Positions 28,858 through 39,494 are shown, numbered from the stretch's first letter. The stretch is DNA of 57,104 nt from Bacteroidetes/Chlorobi group bacterium MS-B_bin-24 (GCA_003731685.1 RCNO01000007.1:270-57373), one strand, 5' to 3'. Notes: generated from the sequence alone by a model not told the origin. Numbers and translations: made by a program.

Positions 28858-31056
28858 TTAATTTATTGGAATTGTTAATGTTACCGTTGTTCCAATGTTC
28901 GAAACACCGCTTATCGTGAGTTTTCCGTTAACCGAGCGGGCTCGCTCTTTCATTCCAAAAATTCCAAGTGATTTCTTTGCCGAAATATCTTCGGGCTTGA
29001 TTCCTTTCCCATTGTCCGCAACTGTTAGCACAAGGTTATTCCCTTCGATATCGAGATGAATATCCACTCGTGTTGCATTTGCGTGGCGTGCAATGTTTGT
29101 CAGTATTTCCTGAAAGACGCGAAACACTACGATAGACTTGGCTTCGCTCAATTGAATTTCCTGCTTGGGTAAATTTAAACGGCAACGGATTGCAGTTTGT
29201 TTTTGGAATTCTTTGGCTTGCCATTCTATTGCAGCGGTAATTCCAAAATGGTCTAAAACGCTCGGTCGTAACTGCGAGGAAATAGAGCGAACTTTCCGAA
29301 TCATCGAATCAATCATATCAATCATCTTATGTAATTTCTCGTGCAAAACTTCCTCGCGGAGGAATTTCTTCTTCAAGACCCAAGACAATTCTAATTTCAT
29401 CGCCGTTAGAATATGCCCCAATTCGTCGTGGATTTCGAAAGCCAGCTTTTTCTTTTCTTCTTCGCGAAGCGACTCGAAATACATCGCAAGATTTCTCATC
29501 TCCTCTTGCGAAGATTTTAATCTCTCTTCGGCTTGCTTCTGCTCATCTATGTCGAATGTAATGCAGTCCAAATACAAAATCTTGCCTCGACTGTCGACTA
29601 AATTTTCTACTAAGGTCTCGACCCAAACAATTTCCCCATTTGCCTTTTTGATTCTATACTCAAAAGTTTTCGACAGGTTTGGAAAATGAAACATCTCGGA
29701 AAAATTATTCTGAACACGGAAATAATCATCGGGATAAACTATCTCGACCCAACCGTTGCCTTTCCCAACGAATTCTTCAACTTTATACCCTGTGATTTCA
29801 TAGAAAGAACCTGTAACATCTGTAATTTTAAAGTTGGAGTCAATCTTAAACAGAACAGATTTGGTTTTCCTTTCAACCTTTGCAAGAGTTTGTTTTAAAC
29901 TGTTTAGTTCTTGTTCAATGTTTTTGAATTGTGTCAAATCATCAATTACGTAAGAGTTGTAATGGGCTCGTGTGGAGCGAGTTTTAATTGGATAGCCTTC
30001 GACAAGGAATGTGTTTTCCGTATTGGAATTTGCAGCTGTAATTTGAGCTTGCCCTTGTCTAAATATTTGTTCTTTGTGCTTTAAAACTTCGTTTAAAAAT
30101 TCGGGAAATTCTTTGAAAATTTTACCTGCTTTGTCGTTCTGGTAAACTATTTGGCCCAAATCGTTTTGGACAAAGATGCCCGAATCACCATTTTCAATCA
30201 ATTTGGTAAAAATTTCATACCGCTCTTGCTCAAAAGTAGTCCGAACGTCATCTTCCGTAGTTAAATAAAACAAACTGACAATGTATTCCGTGCTATCTTG
30301 GCTTTGAATTGGAACAAATTCTATTGTAACAGGAATTCTCTTTGCAGAGTGGGAACTTATCTCGCTGGTAAAAACAACTTTTTCACTATTTGCAAGCCGA
30401 GTCGAAATCTCCTCGATTGGCAATTTGCCTTTAAAGTTACAAATATCGAATAAACTTCTGTTTAAGACTTTATCCGAAGGATTTAAAAATTCTTTAAAAG
30501 TCTTGTTAAGATATAAAACATTAAAATTCAAATCAGTTAAAATTATCGGGATTGACAAATTTTCGAACAAGAAGAGTAATTTGTTTAATTCAGGACTTTC
30601 TTTGAAGACCGAATTATCAGATGTTTCATGCCCCTTCGTGCTTGGGATTTCCTTTTCGAGCACAAAGTTGAGCGAAAAGATTTGCCTATCGATTTCGACA
30701 GGAACGGCAAAAACTTGCAGCGAAACTTTTGTGCCGTTGTCTTCGTGTGTTGCAACGAACTTATCGAGCGGTTGATTCTTTTGGAATGCTGCAATCGCAG
30801 GGCAATTTTGGCAAATCGTTGAAGATTTCAAGAAGATATTGTAACATTTCGAATCTTTCGAGAAGGAAAAGTTTTCGCGGAATTTCTTGTTTGCCCAAAC
30901 AAGTTCATAGGTTGAGTTGATTAAGTAAACTGATGTGTTCTGGCTTTCGTACAACGACGAAAGTAAATTTAGTAAGCCATTTCCGCTGGTTTGCGAATCG
31001 ATTGATTCGCTTTGGTTTGAATTTTTTGTAAATATTTTTAAAAAGCCAAAATTCAT
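28858..31056 (-). CDS. Cytoplasmic multi-PAS sensor histidine kinase (HisKA_3)
   Basis: PAS/PAC repeats, EIHDELGH, LRPSVLDHFG, QEILTNIARHA, DNGKG, GIFGMKERA; no TM segment seen. Confidence 0.92.
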   Translation of the reverse strand: MNFGFLKIFTKNSNQSESIDSQTSGNGLLNLLSSLYESQNTSVYLINSTYELVWANKKFRENFSFSKDSKCYNIFLKSSTICQNCPAIAAFQKNQPLDKFVATHEDNGTKVSLQVFAVPVEIDRQIFSLNFVLEKEIPSTKGHETSDNSVFKESPELNKLLFLFENLSIPIILTDLNFNVLYLNKTFKEFLNPSDKVLNRSLFDICNFKGKLPIEEISTRLANSEKVVFTSEISSHSAKRIPVTIEFVPIQSQDSTEYIVSLFYLTTEDDVRTTFEQERYEIFTKLIENGDSGIFVQNDLGQIVYQNDKAGKIFKEFPEFLNEVLKHKEQIFRQGQAQITAANSNTENTFLVEGYPIKTRSTRAHYNSYVIDDLTQFKNIEQELNSLKQTLAKVERKTKSVLFKIDSNFKITDVTGSFYEITGYKVEEFVGKGNGWVEIVYPDDYFRVQNNFSEMFHFPNLSKTFEYRIKKANGEIVWVETLVENLVDSRGKILYLDCITFDIDEQKQAEERLKSSQEEMRNLAMYFESLREEEKKKLAFEIHDELGHILTAMKLELSWVLKKKFLREEVLHEKLHKMIDMIDSMIRKVRSISSQLRPSVLDHFGITAAIEWQAKEFQKQTAIRCRLNLPKQEIQLSEAKSIVVFRVFQEILTNIARHANATRVDIHLDIEGNNLVLTVADNGKGIKPEDISAKKSLGIFGMKERARSVNGKLTISGVSNIGTTVTLTIPIN

Positions 31057-31106
31057 TTCAAAAAACTAAATACATAAATAATAACAAGTTCCAAACAAAA
31101 ATATTG

Positions 31107-32147
31107 TTAAAATTTCTCGTCGGAGTTGAAAACAATTTCGACTTCGTTTTCGAGCCAGATTCCGAATTTTTCAAAAACATCGTTGCGTATCGAACGAGCG
31201 AAATCAACAATTTCTCTGCCCGATTTAACACCAAAATTTACAATCACGAGCGAATGCTTTTCGTAAGTTCCTACATTTCCAATTCGTTTGCCCTTCCATC
31301 CTGCTTTCTCAATTAGCCAACCTGCTGGAATTTTGAACAAATCGTTTTCAACGGGGAAAAAGGGAACATCGGGATACTTGCTCTTCACTCTTTCTAAAAT
31401 ATCGTTCGTTACAACAGGATTTTTGAAAAATGAACCAGCATTTGGAAATTGTGTAATATCGGGCAACTTCGATTTACGCAGTCGGCAAACAGTCTCGAAT
31501 ACATACTTTGGGTCGGGTTGGATAAATGGAAATTTCTTCACTTCCTTCTTCAACTCGGGATACGAAAGATTTACATTTGGTTTTCGATAAAGTTTGAATT
31601 TTGCAGAAGTGATTATGAATTTATTTTTCAACTCGTTCTTAAAAATCGAATTCCGATAGCCGAAGGAGCATTCTTCTGCCGAAAGGTTTTTAAATTCCAT
31701 CGAGGCAACATCGACTCCACGAACTTCGAAGACAAAATTCTTCAACTCGCTCCCGTAAGCCCCGATGTTTTGTGCAACTGCTCCGCCAACATTTCCAGGT
31801 ATCAATGCCAAATTCTCCAAACCATAAAATTTATTTTTGATGGCAATTTCGACGAAATTGTGCCAACTTATTCCAGCTTCAACTTCGAGAAGTATAAATT
31901 TTTTGTTGCTTTCGATGATTTTAATCCCCCGATTTACAGGATTTATAACAATGCCGTCGAAATCGTCTGCAAACAAAGTGTTCGAGCCCCCGCCCAAAAT
32001 ATATCGCGCACTTTGCTGGAAAGCTTGCGAGTCGAGAACAGAAAGCATATCAGATTCATTGCGAACTTCCGCAAAAAATCGTGCTTTCGACTCAACAGCA
32101 AAAGTTGTTTTCTCTTTAAGCGAAAAATTTTCTAAAATTTTTACCAT
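31107..32147 (-). CDS. murB: UDP-N-acetylmuramate dehydrogenase
   Basis: LGGGSN, GLENLALIPGNVGG, FGYRNSIFK, NAGSFFKNP, AGWLIE. Confidence 0.97.
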   Translation of the reverse strand: MVKILENFSLKEKTTFAVESKARFFAEVRNESDMLSVLDSQAFQQSARYILGGGSNTLFADDFDGIVINPVNRGIKIIESNKKFILLEVEAGISWHNFVEIAIKNKFYGLENLALIPGNVGGAVAQNIGAYGSELKNFVFEVRGVDVASMEFKNLSAEECSFGYRNSIFKNELKNKFIITSAKFKLYRKPNVNLSYPELKKEVKKFPFIQPDPKYVFETVCRLRKSKLPDITQFPNAGSFFKNPVVTNDILERVKSKYPDVPFFPVENDLFKIPAGWLIEKAGWKGKRIGNVGTYEKHSLVIVNFGVKSGREIVDFARSIRNDVFEKFGIWLENEVEIVFNSDEKF

Positions 32148-32256
32148 AGAATACAAATTTAGAGAAAAATAGCGAAGGGAACCCAGCGATTTATGTAAAT
32201 TTTCGCCGAGTTCCCTGTTTAAACGAGTTGACTTTTGAATATGATTAAAACGAAAT

Positions 32257-32961
32257 TTAGATACCTATTCCAAGAATCATTCGGAAGAGGAGTTCAGGTT
32301 TTCCAGCTGTATTTTTCGAAAACATCAAAGTTGGTGAAGCTGCGACCCAAAGATGCTCTTGACCGTGGGAAACAACAAGCCCTGCGTAGTGGGCATCTTT
32401 ATCTCCCTTGAATTCCATTCCCAAACGGAAGAGTTTGCTAAACTCATACCGAAAGCCAACGGCATAGGCATAGGTAAATTCCGTTTCGTCTTCGACCTCA
32501 AGCTCGAATATCTGATTAATCGCAAAGTTGAAACGACCAATGTCTTTTGCAAGGATTAATTTGCCTTCGAATTTGTGCTTCGATAAGTTGAAATTCGACC
32601 CATATTCCAAATAGATTAATGGGTCTAAAAAGAACTGGTTTTTTTCGCCAATCAAAAACCTACTGCGTAAATCGAAACCCGAGTAGTAGAGATTGCCCTC
32701 CGAGCTTTGCTTGAAATTTTGGTAAATCGAGAAGTCGAAGTGGTTAGTCATACCAATTTCGACTTCCAGCTTGTGTTCAATCGTGGCTTTTCCTTTGATT
32801 TCGCCGAGTTTTGGAACCGAGATAGTCATATAGTGTTCAACTTCTGCTTTTCCCGGTTCCATAATCATATACTCATAAGTCCAAACATAGGAACGCATAT
32901 CCGCTTTGGCTCCATAAGCGAACATAAGGCAGAACAGAACAAAGCAAAATAATTTTTTCAT
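32257..32961 (-). CDS. Putative small outer-membrane beta-barrel protein (possibly DUF6662-like)
   Basis: Signal peptide ending AKA-D; alternating aromatic/polar beta-strand pattern; ends MILGIGI. Confidence 0.65.
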   Translation of the reverse strand: MKKLFCFVLFCLMFAYGAKADMRSYVWTYEYMIMEPGKAEVEHYMTISVPKLGEIKGKATIEHKLEVEIGMTNHFDFSIYQNFKQSSEGNLYYSGFDLRSRFLIGEKNQFFLDPLIYLEYGSNFNLSKHKFEGKLILAKDIGRFNFAINQIFELEVEDETEFTYAYAVGFRYEFSKLFRLGMEFKGDKDAHYAGLVVSHGQEHLWVAASPTLMFSKNTAGKPELLFRMILGIGI

Positions 32962-33120
32962 ATCAAAACACAATTGTTAAATAAAACGAAAAGCAAAATT
33001 AGGCTAATCAAACTTAAAAATTCACTCAAAGAAGATTTTGTATTCAATTTGTTGCAAGGGAAATATCTAAATTTGGCCTAAAAACTTGATTTCTTGACCC
33101 CAGAGGAATTCTTCACAGAG

Positions 33121-33190
33121 AGACATCGTATGTTTTTGAAACATCCGATGTCTGGAAATTTTGTAGGGGCCACCGGCTGGTCGCCCCTAC
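33121..33190. repeat. Composite REP-like element, locus 7
   Basis: Double palindrome 33121-33153 plus GTAGGGGCCACCGGCTGGTCGCCCCTAC 33163-33190. Confidence 0.9.
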
Positions 33191-33332
33191 GAATTATAAA
33201 ATTTTGAAATACTTTTTTTATGTTTAAATTTTTTTTCTTTATCAGCAATGCATTCTGTTAAAAATTTTCCCAAAAGACAATTTTTTCATTTATTTAACGA
33301 TTATAATACTTTCAAACAATTTTGAGGGGAAT

Positions 33333-33572
33333 ATGAGTGAACCTGTTATTGCACAAAAGTCTCCATACCAAGTCAAGTTGACTGCTGGAACCTATTATTG
33401 GTGTGCTTGTGGTGAATCGAAACGTCAACCTTTTTGCGATGGCAGCCACAAAGCTAAAGGTGCTTTCACTCCTGTTCGATTTGATTTGAACGAGGACAAA
33501 GTGGTTTGGCTTTGTGCATGCAAAAGGACATCGAATTCGCCTTTCTGCGACGGAACTCATAAGAAATTATAA
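33333..33572 (+). CDS. Tandem CDGSH iron-sulfur domain protein (MiNT/CISD3-like)
   Basis: WCACGES..QPFCDGSH and LCACKRT..SPFCDGTH. Confidence 0.93.
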   Translation: MSEPVIAQKSPYQVKLTAGTYYWCACGESKRQPFCDGSHKAKGAFTPVRFDLNEDKVVWLCACKRTSNSPFCDGTHKKL

Positions 33573-33573
33573 A

Positions 33574-34923
33574 ATGGCTGAACCGATTGTTGCATTATCA
33601 ACCCCGCCGGGAATCTCGGGTATCGCTGTTATTCGAGCCTCTGGCGAGGGCGTTTTCCAAATCCTGGATTTGTGCTTCGAGGGAAAAGTAAAAATATCCG
33701 AAACAAAGACCCATACAATTCATTATGGTAAGTTCCACGATAACCAAAATCTTATCGACTTTGTTACGGTTTCGGTTTTTCGGGCTCCCAATTCCTACAC
33801 AGGCGAAGATGTAGCCGAAATTTCCTGCCACGGCGGTTATATCGTGGCGGAAAAGGTCATCGAAACGCTAATCAAATACGGTTGTCGGCTTGCCGAACCG
33901 GGGGAATTCACCCGCAGAGCATTTCTAAATGGCAAACTCGATTTAGCTCAAGTCGAGGCTGTTGCCGATTTGATTCATTCAACTTCGGAAGCCAGCTACC
34001 AAGTGGCAGTTCGCCAGTTGGCTGGCGAATTTAGCCGGCGGATAAGTGAATTCCGCAAAAAACTACTGGATGCTGCAAGCCTGCTGGAATTAGAATTGGA
34101 TTTTGCCGACGAAGGGTTTGAATTTGTCGATAGAAACATAATTGTCAACTCAATTGACCAAGCCATAAATTTTTGCGAGGATTTGACGGCATCATACCAT
34201 TCCGCCGAAATTATGCGTTCGGGTTATTTTGTTGGCATTGCAGGTTTCCCGAATTCGGGTAAATCCACTCTCTTTAACTCCCTTTTGCAAAGGAAAAGAG
34301 CGATTGTGAGCGAAATTCCCGGAACCACTCGAGACTACTTGGAAGAGACAATTTTTATCGACGGATTTGCTGTTAAACTGATTGACACAGCGGGATTGCG
34401 TAAGACAGCAGACATAATTGAAATCGAAGGGATTCGAATGGTTGAATCCCTTTTGGCACAATCAAATTTAATTCTTGTGCTGAACGACATAACCCAAGGC
34501 AGGGAACATTCCGATTCGCTTTTTGCTGAGCTTAAAGCTCGTTATGCAAATTGCAGAGTGCTGTTGGTTCAGAACAAAATTGACCTGTTGGATACACTTC
34601 CGCCAGCGCGCGAAGCCGAAATTTTTATTTCTGCAAAACATAGCGTTGGACTCGAAAAAATCAAAGAGTTTATCAGCGAAGAGTTGAAGAAAGAACGAAC
34701 CCACATTCAAGATGTTTTGCTGAACCAAAGACATTACTTGCTTTTAAAGAAAGCGAGCGAAGAATTGCGGAATGCCAAAAAGAGTCTTCTGCAAGGAGCG
34801 GGGAATGAGCTTGTTGCCGACGATTTACGCAGAGCGGTCAAAACGCTGGGGGAAATCATCGGCGAAAGTTTCAGCCAAGATGTTTTGAACAATATCTTTT
34901 CCAAATTTTGCATTGGGAAGTAA
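33574..34923 (+). CDS. mnmE: tRNA modification GTPase MnmE
   Basis: ATG 33574 [13 protein letters not shown]; [42 protein letters not shown]-terminal FCIGK. Confidence 0.97.
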   Translation: MAEPIVALSTPPGISGIAVIRASGEGVFQILDLCFEGKVKISETKTHTIHYGKFHDNQNLIDFVTVSVFRAPNSYTGEDVAEISCHGGYIVAEKVIETLIKYGCRLAEPGEFTRRAFLNGKLDLAQVEAVADLIHSTSEASYQVAVRQLAGEFSRRISEFRKKLLDAASLLELELDFADEGFEFVDRNIIVNSIDQAINFCEDLTASYHSAEIMRSGYFVGIAGFPNSGKSTLFNSLLQRKRAIVSEIPGTTRDYLEETIFIDGFAVKLIDTAGLRKTADIIEIEGIRMVESLLAQSNLILVLNDITQGREHSDSLFAELKARYANCRVLLVQNKIDLLDTLPPAREAEIFISAKHSVGLEKIKEFISEELKKERTHIQDVLLNQRHYLLLKKASEELRNAKKSLLQGAGNELVADDLRRAVKTLGEIIGESFSQDVLNNIFSKFCIGK

Positions 34924-34924
34924 A

Positions 34925-34940
34925 TGTTCCACGTGGAACA
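34925..34940. promoter_or_regulatory. parS centromere-like site (ParB binding)
   Basis: Perfect palindrome TGTTCCACGTGGAACA matching the TGTTNCACGTGNAACA consensus. Confidence 0.85.
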
Positions 34941-35030
34941 TTTACTTTGACACTTCAAAACAAAAATTTTGGTTAAATCCTTAAAAAATATTATTTTTGT
35001 TGTCTATTTTTTGTTAAAATCGGTAAAGTT

Positions 35031-38000
35031 ATGTTTGAACCTTTGCCCGAAAGATTTAATTATTCGGAACTGGAACATAAAATTTTGGACTTCTGGGAGA
35101 AGAACAAAATATTCGAAAAATCGCTGGAACAGAGAGAGAATTGTCCATTCTTTAGTTTTTACGAAGGTCCGCCAACGGTTAATGGCAAGCCCGGTTTGCA
35201 CCATCTTATGGCGCGAACAATTAAAGACACTGTTTGCCGATATAAAACAATGCAAGGCTACTACGTCCGCCGCCAAGCAGGTTGGGATACTCATGGACTG
35301 CCGGTTGAACTCGCAGTGGAACAAATGCTTGGCTTCAAAGTTAAATCGGACATCGAAAAATATGGCATCGACCGTTTCAATCAAAAATGTAAGGAGTTTG
35401 TTTATTATAACATCGAAATGAACCAAGGCTGGCGCGATTTAACCCGCCGAATGGGCTATTGGCTCGACCTCGACAAAGCTTACATTACTTGCACAAATGA
35501 ATATATTGAATCCGTTTGGTGGGCTCTGAAAAAATTCTTCGACAAGAGATTGATTTACAAAGGTTTTAAAGTCGTTCCGCAATCTCCAACAATTGAAACT
35601 CCGCTGAGCAGTCACGAACTTTCGTTGGGCTACAAAGAAGTCCGCGACCCAAACCTATTCATTATTCCTAAAATCGTTGATTCCCCAATGAAAGAGCTAA
35701 TTGGCTCGCATTTGTTAGTGTGGACAACAACGCCTTGGACTTTGCTTGCTAATGTTGCTATGGCAGTTGGCGAAGATATCGATTATGTTTGGGTCGAGAA
35801 TATTCGCAAAACCAAAGAGGGCGAGGAGACAATTCGGCTGGTGCTTGCCCATAGCCGCCTTTCGGTGCTCGATGGCGAGGTTAAGATTCTGAAAAAATTC
35901 AAAGGGAAGGAGTTGATTGGAACTGAGTATGAACAGATATTTACCTATGCTAAAATCGACAAAGCAAATTACCCGGATGCATTAAAAGTTTTGCCCGGCG
36001 ACTTTGTTTCGACAGAAGAAGGAAGCGGAATTGTACACATTGCACCAGCATTTGGCGAGGACGACTACGAAATGTCGAAGAAGTTCAAAATTCCATTCCT
36101 TCAGCCCGTAACTCCTAATGGACACTTTACCGAAGATATGGGAGAATTCGCAGGCAGGGCAATCAAAGATTTCGTTTATCCTGACCACAAGGAGGAAGGA
36201 GCCGACAGAGATATTATCAAGGCTCTAAAACTTAATGGCAAGGTATACAAAGCCTCGTTCGATTATGTTCATAGTTACCCACATTGCTGGCGTACGGGCA
36301 ATCCAATTATGTATTATGCCCGTGAATCTTGGTTCATCAAGTCCCCTGAATATCGGGATTTGATGATTGAGTTGAACAAGCAAATAAAATGGCAACCACC
36401 CGAAATAGGTGCTGGGCGATTTGGGAATTGGCTCGCAGAAGTTAAAGACTGGTCCCTTTCGAGAGATAGATATTGGGGCACTCCTTTGCCAATTTGGGTA
36501 AGCGAAGATGGAACGGAAAGCTTTGCAATTGGTTCAATCGCAGAGCTAAAAGAAGGATTTATGCTCGACGAGCAAGGCAACAGAATATACTTGAAAGATT
36601 CGAATATCGAGATAGATTTGCATCGTCCATTTGTCGATAAAATATATTTCAAACGGAACGGAAAAATCTTCAAGAGGGTCCCCGAAGTAATCGATGTTTG
36701 GTTCGATTCTGGGGCAATGCCCTTTGCCCAGTTCCATTATCCTTTCGAAAATCAGGAACTTTTCGAAAAAAGCTTCCCTGCAGATTTCATTGCCGAAGGT
36801 GTTGACCAAACTCGGGGATGGTTCTACACTTTGCACAACATCGCAACGGCTATTTTCAACAAGCCAGCGTTCAAAAATATCGTTGTGAACGAACTCATAT
36901 TGGACAAAAAAGGCGAAAAAATGTCAAAATCGAAGGGGAATGTAATCGACCCCTTCGAGGTTATGGAAAAATATTCAGCAGATGCTGTGCGGTGGTATCT
37001 CCTTGTAAATAATCCACCTTGGAAGGCTACACTTTTCAACGAGGAAGACATCGAAAAGAGCATCCTTTCGGATTTCTTCCGTTCGCTAACAAATTCTTAT
37101 TCATTTTTTGCTCTTTATGCTAATATTGACAAATACACAGGGGACGAACCCGAAATTCCAATTCAAGAGCGATTAGAAATCGACCGCTGGATTATTTCCA
37201 GATTGAACACCTTAATCCGAAATTATATCAAATATATGGAAGATTTCGACTTGACTCGTGCATTCAGGATGGTTCAGAGCTTTGTTATCGATGAACTTTC
37301 GAATTGGTACATACGAAGGAACCGACGGAGATTCTGGAAAGGCGAAAACGACAAAGATAAACTTTCGGCATACCAAACACTTCATTATGTGTTGCTGAAT
37401 GTTTCAATCTTGATGGCACCAGCCGCTCCGTTCCTTTCGGAAGTGTTCTACCAAAGAATCCGAAGGGGCGACCAGCCCGAATCGGTGCATCTGCTCGAAA
37501 TCCCCGTGGTTAAAGATGAATTAATCGATACAGAGCTGGAAGAAAAGATGTGGCTCGCCCAAACGATAGTCCGAATTGTTCGTTCATTGCGCGAAAAAGC
37601 AAAAATACGAACTCGACAGCCTTTGGCAAAAATTTTAATCCCTGTGATGAATCCTCAGCAAAGAAGGAATATTCAATACTTCGAAGATGTTATCAAAGAA
37701 GAAATTAATGTTAAAACAATTGAATATGTTTCTGCCGAGACAGAATTTGTAAAAAAGAAAGCCAAACCAAACTTCAAGGTTATTGGAAAGAAATTTGGGA
37801 AATTGACCCAAGCAGTGGCAAACAAAATCAAAGAACTAACCCACGATGAAATTGTTAAAATCGAAGCAGGAGGATTGAAAATCGATATCAACGGAGAAGT
37901 TGTTACTATTCAACCCGAAGACTTGGAAATTTACAGCGATACTATCGAGGGCTGGCTTGTTGGCACCGAAGATAATCTTACCGTTGCTCTCGATACACAT

Positions 38001-38270
38001 ATCACCGAAGAACTTCGCATCGAAGGCATTGCACGGGAATTTATCAACCGCATCCAAAAGCTAAGAAAAGATTCAAACTTCGATGTTACCGATAGGATAG
38101 AAATCTACGCGATGGTTCCGCCTGAATTTAAAGAACCTTTGCTGGTTTCGAAAGATTATATTTCGAAAGAAACCTTGGCGGAGAGATTTCAACTGGTCGA
38201 AAGTTTAGAAAATGGAACAGAAATTGAAATTGATGAAAAAAAATTGTTAATTTCGCTGAAAAAAGTTTGA
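35031..38270 (+). CDS. ileS: Isoleucine-tRNA ligase (type 2)
   Basis: EGPPTVNGKPGLHH, GWDTHGLPVE, WTTTPWTL, SRDRYWGTPLP, DQTRGWFY, KMSKS; IleRS2-type C-terminus. Confidence 0.98.
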   Translation: MFEPLPERFNYSELEHKILDFWEKNKIFEKSLEQRENCPFFSFYEGPPTVNGKPGLHHLMARTIKDTVCRYKTMQGYYVRRQAGWDTHGLPVELAVEQMLGFKVKSDIEKYGIDRFNQKCKEFVYYNIEMNQGWRDLTRRMGYWLDLDKAYITCTNEYIESVWWALKKFFDKRLIYKGFKVVPQSPTIETPLSSHELSLGYKEVRDPNLFIIPKIVDSPMKELIGSHLLVWTTTPWTLLANVAMAVGEDIDYVWVENIRKTKEGEETIRLVLAHSRLSVLDGEVKILKKFKGKELIGTEYEQIFTYAKIDKANYPDALKVLPGDFVSTEEGSGIVHIAPAFGEDDYEMSKKFKIPFLQPVTPNGHFTEDMGEFAGRAIKDFVYPDHKEEGADRDIIKALKLNGKVYKASFDYVHSYPHCWRTGNPIMYYARESWFIKSPEYRDLMIELNKQIKWQPPEIGAGRFGNWLAEVKDWSLSRDRYWGTPLPIWVSEDGTESFAIGSIAELKEGFMLDEQGNRIYLKDSNIEIDLHRPFVDKIYFKRNGKIFKRVPEVIDVWFDSGAMPFAQFHYPFENQELFEKSFPADFIAEGVDQTRGWFYTLHNIATAIFNKPAFKNIVVNELILDKKGEKMSKSKGNVIDPFEVMEKYSADAVRWYLLVNNPPWKATLFNEEDIEKSILSDFFRSLTNSYSFFALYANIDKYTGDEPEIPIQERLEIDRWIISRLNTLIRNYIKYMEDFDLTRAFRMVQSFVIDELSNWYIRRNRRRFWKGENDKDKLSAYQTLHYVLLNVSILMAPAAPFLSEVFYQRIRRGDQPESVHLLEIPVVKDELIDTELEEKMWLAQTIVRIVRSLREKAKIRTRQPLAKILIPVMNPQQRRNIQYFEDVIKEEINVKTIEYVSAETEFVKKKAKPNFKVIGKKFGKLTQAVANKIKELTHDEIVKIEAGGLKIDINGEVVTIQPEDLEIYSDTIEGWLVGTEDNLTVALDTHITEELRIEGIAREFINRIQKLRKDSNFDVTDRIEIYAMVPPEFKEPLLVSKDYISKETLAERFQLVESLENGTEIEIDEKKLLISLKKV

Positions 38271-38336
38271 AAAGTTATGATAATTTTTTGCTAAATAGTT
38301 AGTTTTTTATATATTGTATTTTTTGAAAGGAGTTTT

Positions 38337-39494
38337 ATGGCTGCAAAAAAAGAAAAGAAGGAAAAAGTTGCAACACCAGAGACGAAAGAAACCAAACCGA
38401 AGCGAGTTTGTAAGCCACGAAAGAAACAGGTGGAAGAACCGCAGGAGCCAAAGTCGACTTCTAAATTAAAGGTTGGTGGGGCAGAAACTACCGGAACCAA
38501 AGAGCCTAAATCGAAAGAAAAGGAAATTGCACAGCCAAAAGGAGCCAAAAAAGAGGCTCAAATAAAAAAGAACGCAAAGGAAACCGTGGTAAAGGAAGAA
38601 AAAAAGGATTCAGCACAAGGCAAAACCAAAGCTACAAAAGAAGTGGAAGCGAAAAAGACTAAAACCGCAACGGAAACAAAAGCAAACAAAAAGGAATCCT
38701 CGAAGAAGAAGAAAGAAATAGCAGAGGAAATAGTTGTAAAGGAAGAGAAAAAGGATTCAGCAAAGAGCAAAACCAAATCGACCAAAGAAAAAGCGGAGAA
38801 GAAGACCAAAGCAGCCACCACTACAGAAACCACAAAAGTAGAAACTCCAAAGAACAAAAAAGAAACTACAAAGGAAACAAAAACAAAGAAGGCAGAAAAA
38901 CCTACTGAAACTGTTAAAGCTACGGAAAAGAAAGTTGCGGAAACCAAAGAAGCCAAACAACAGAAGGAAACGAAAGCATCGGAGAAGGGAAGCGCCCCCG
39001 CCGTAAAAGAGAAATACCAGTCGCAGCTGGACGAGGATAAAGTTTCGGGAAAAGTTGCTCAACCTGCTCCCAAGCCACAAGTGCGATATTCCGACGAAGA
39101 CTTGGAGATATTCAGGAAAAGAATTCTGGAAGTGAAGAAGGAAGCTCTCGAAGAACTCGAGATGCTGAAAGAAAGGCTCGAAGACTTAAACGCCTACGAC
39201 CTTGCAGAAGAAGGCTCAATCTACTCTATGCATATGGCTGAGCAAGGCTCCGAAATTTTCGAAAAAGAAAAAGTTTACGCACAAATCCAAAGAATCAATG
39301 AATACATCAAAAAACTTGACGAGGCACTGAAAAGAATCGACGACAAAACTTATGGGATTTGCCGTGTTTGCGGTATACTGATTGCAAAGGAGCGGTTGCT
39401 CGCCGTTCCAATCACAACGCTTTCTGCCTCGTATAAAATTCACAAGAAATGTCCCGAAGATGGTATCGACAGAATCGAACCGCTTGGGAAGTAA
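38337..39494 (+). CDS. TraR/DksA-family protein with a long Lys/Glu/Thr-rich N-terminal extension
   Basis: C-terminal HMAEQGS, ALKRIDDKTYGICRVCG..IAKERLLAVP; position between ileS and lspA. Confidence 0.85.
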   Translation: MAAKKEKKEKVATPETKETKPKRVCKPRKKQVEEPQEPKSTSKLKVGGAETTGTKEPKSKEKEIAQPKGAKKEAQIKKNAKETVVKEEKKDSAQGKTKATKEVEAKKTKTATETKANKKESSKKKKEIAEEIVVKEEKKDSAKSKTKSTKEKAEKKTKAATTTETTKVETPKNKKETTKETKTKKAEKPTETVKATEKKVAETKEAKQQKETKASEKGSAPAVKEKYQSQLDEDKVSGKVAQPAPKPQVRYSDEDLEIFRKRILEVKKEALEELEMLKERLEDLNAYDLAEEGSIYSMHMAEQGSEIFEKEKVYAQIQRINEYIKKLDEALKRIDDKTYGICRVCGILIAKERLLAVPITTLSASYKIHKKCPEDGIDRIEPLGK

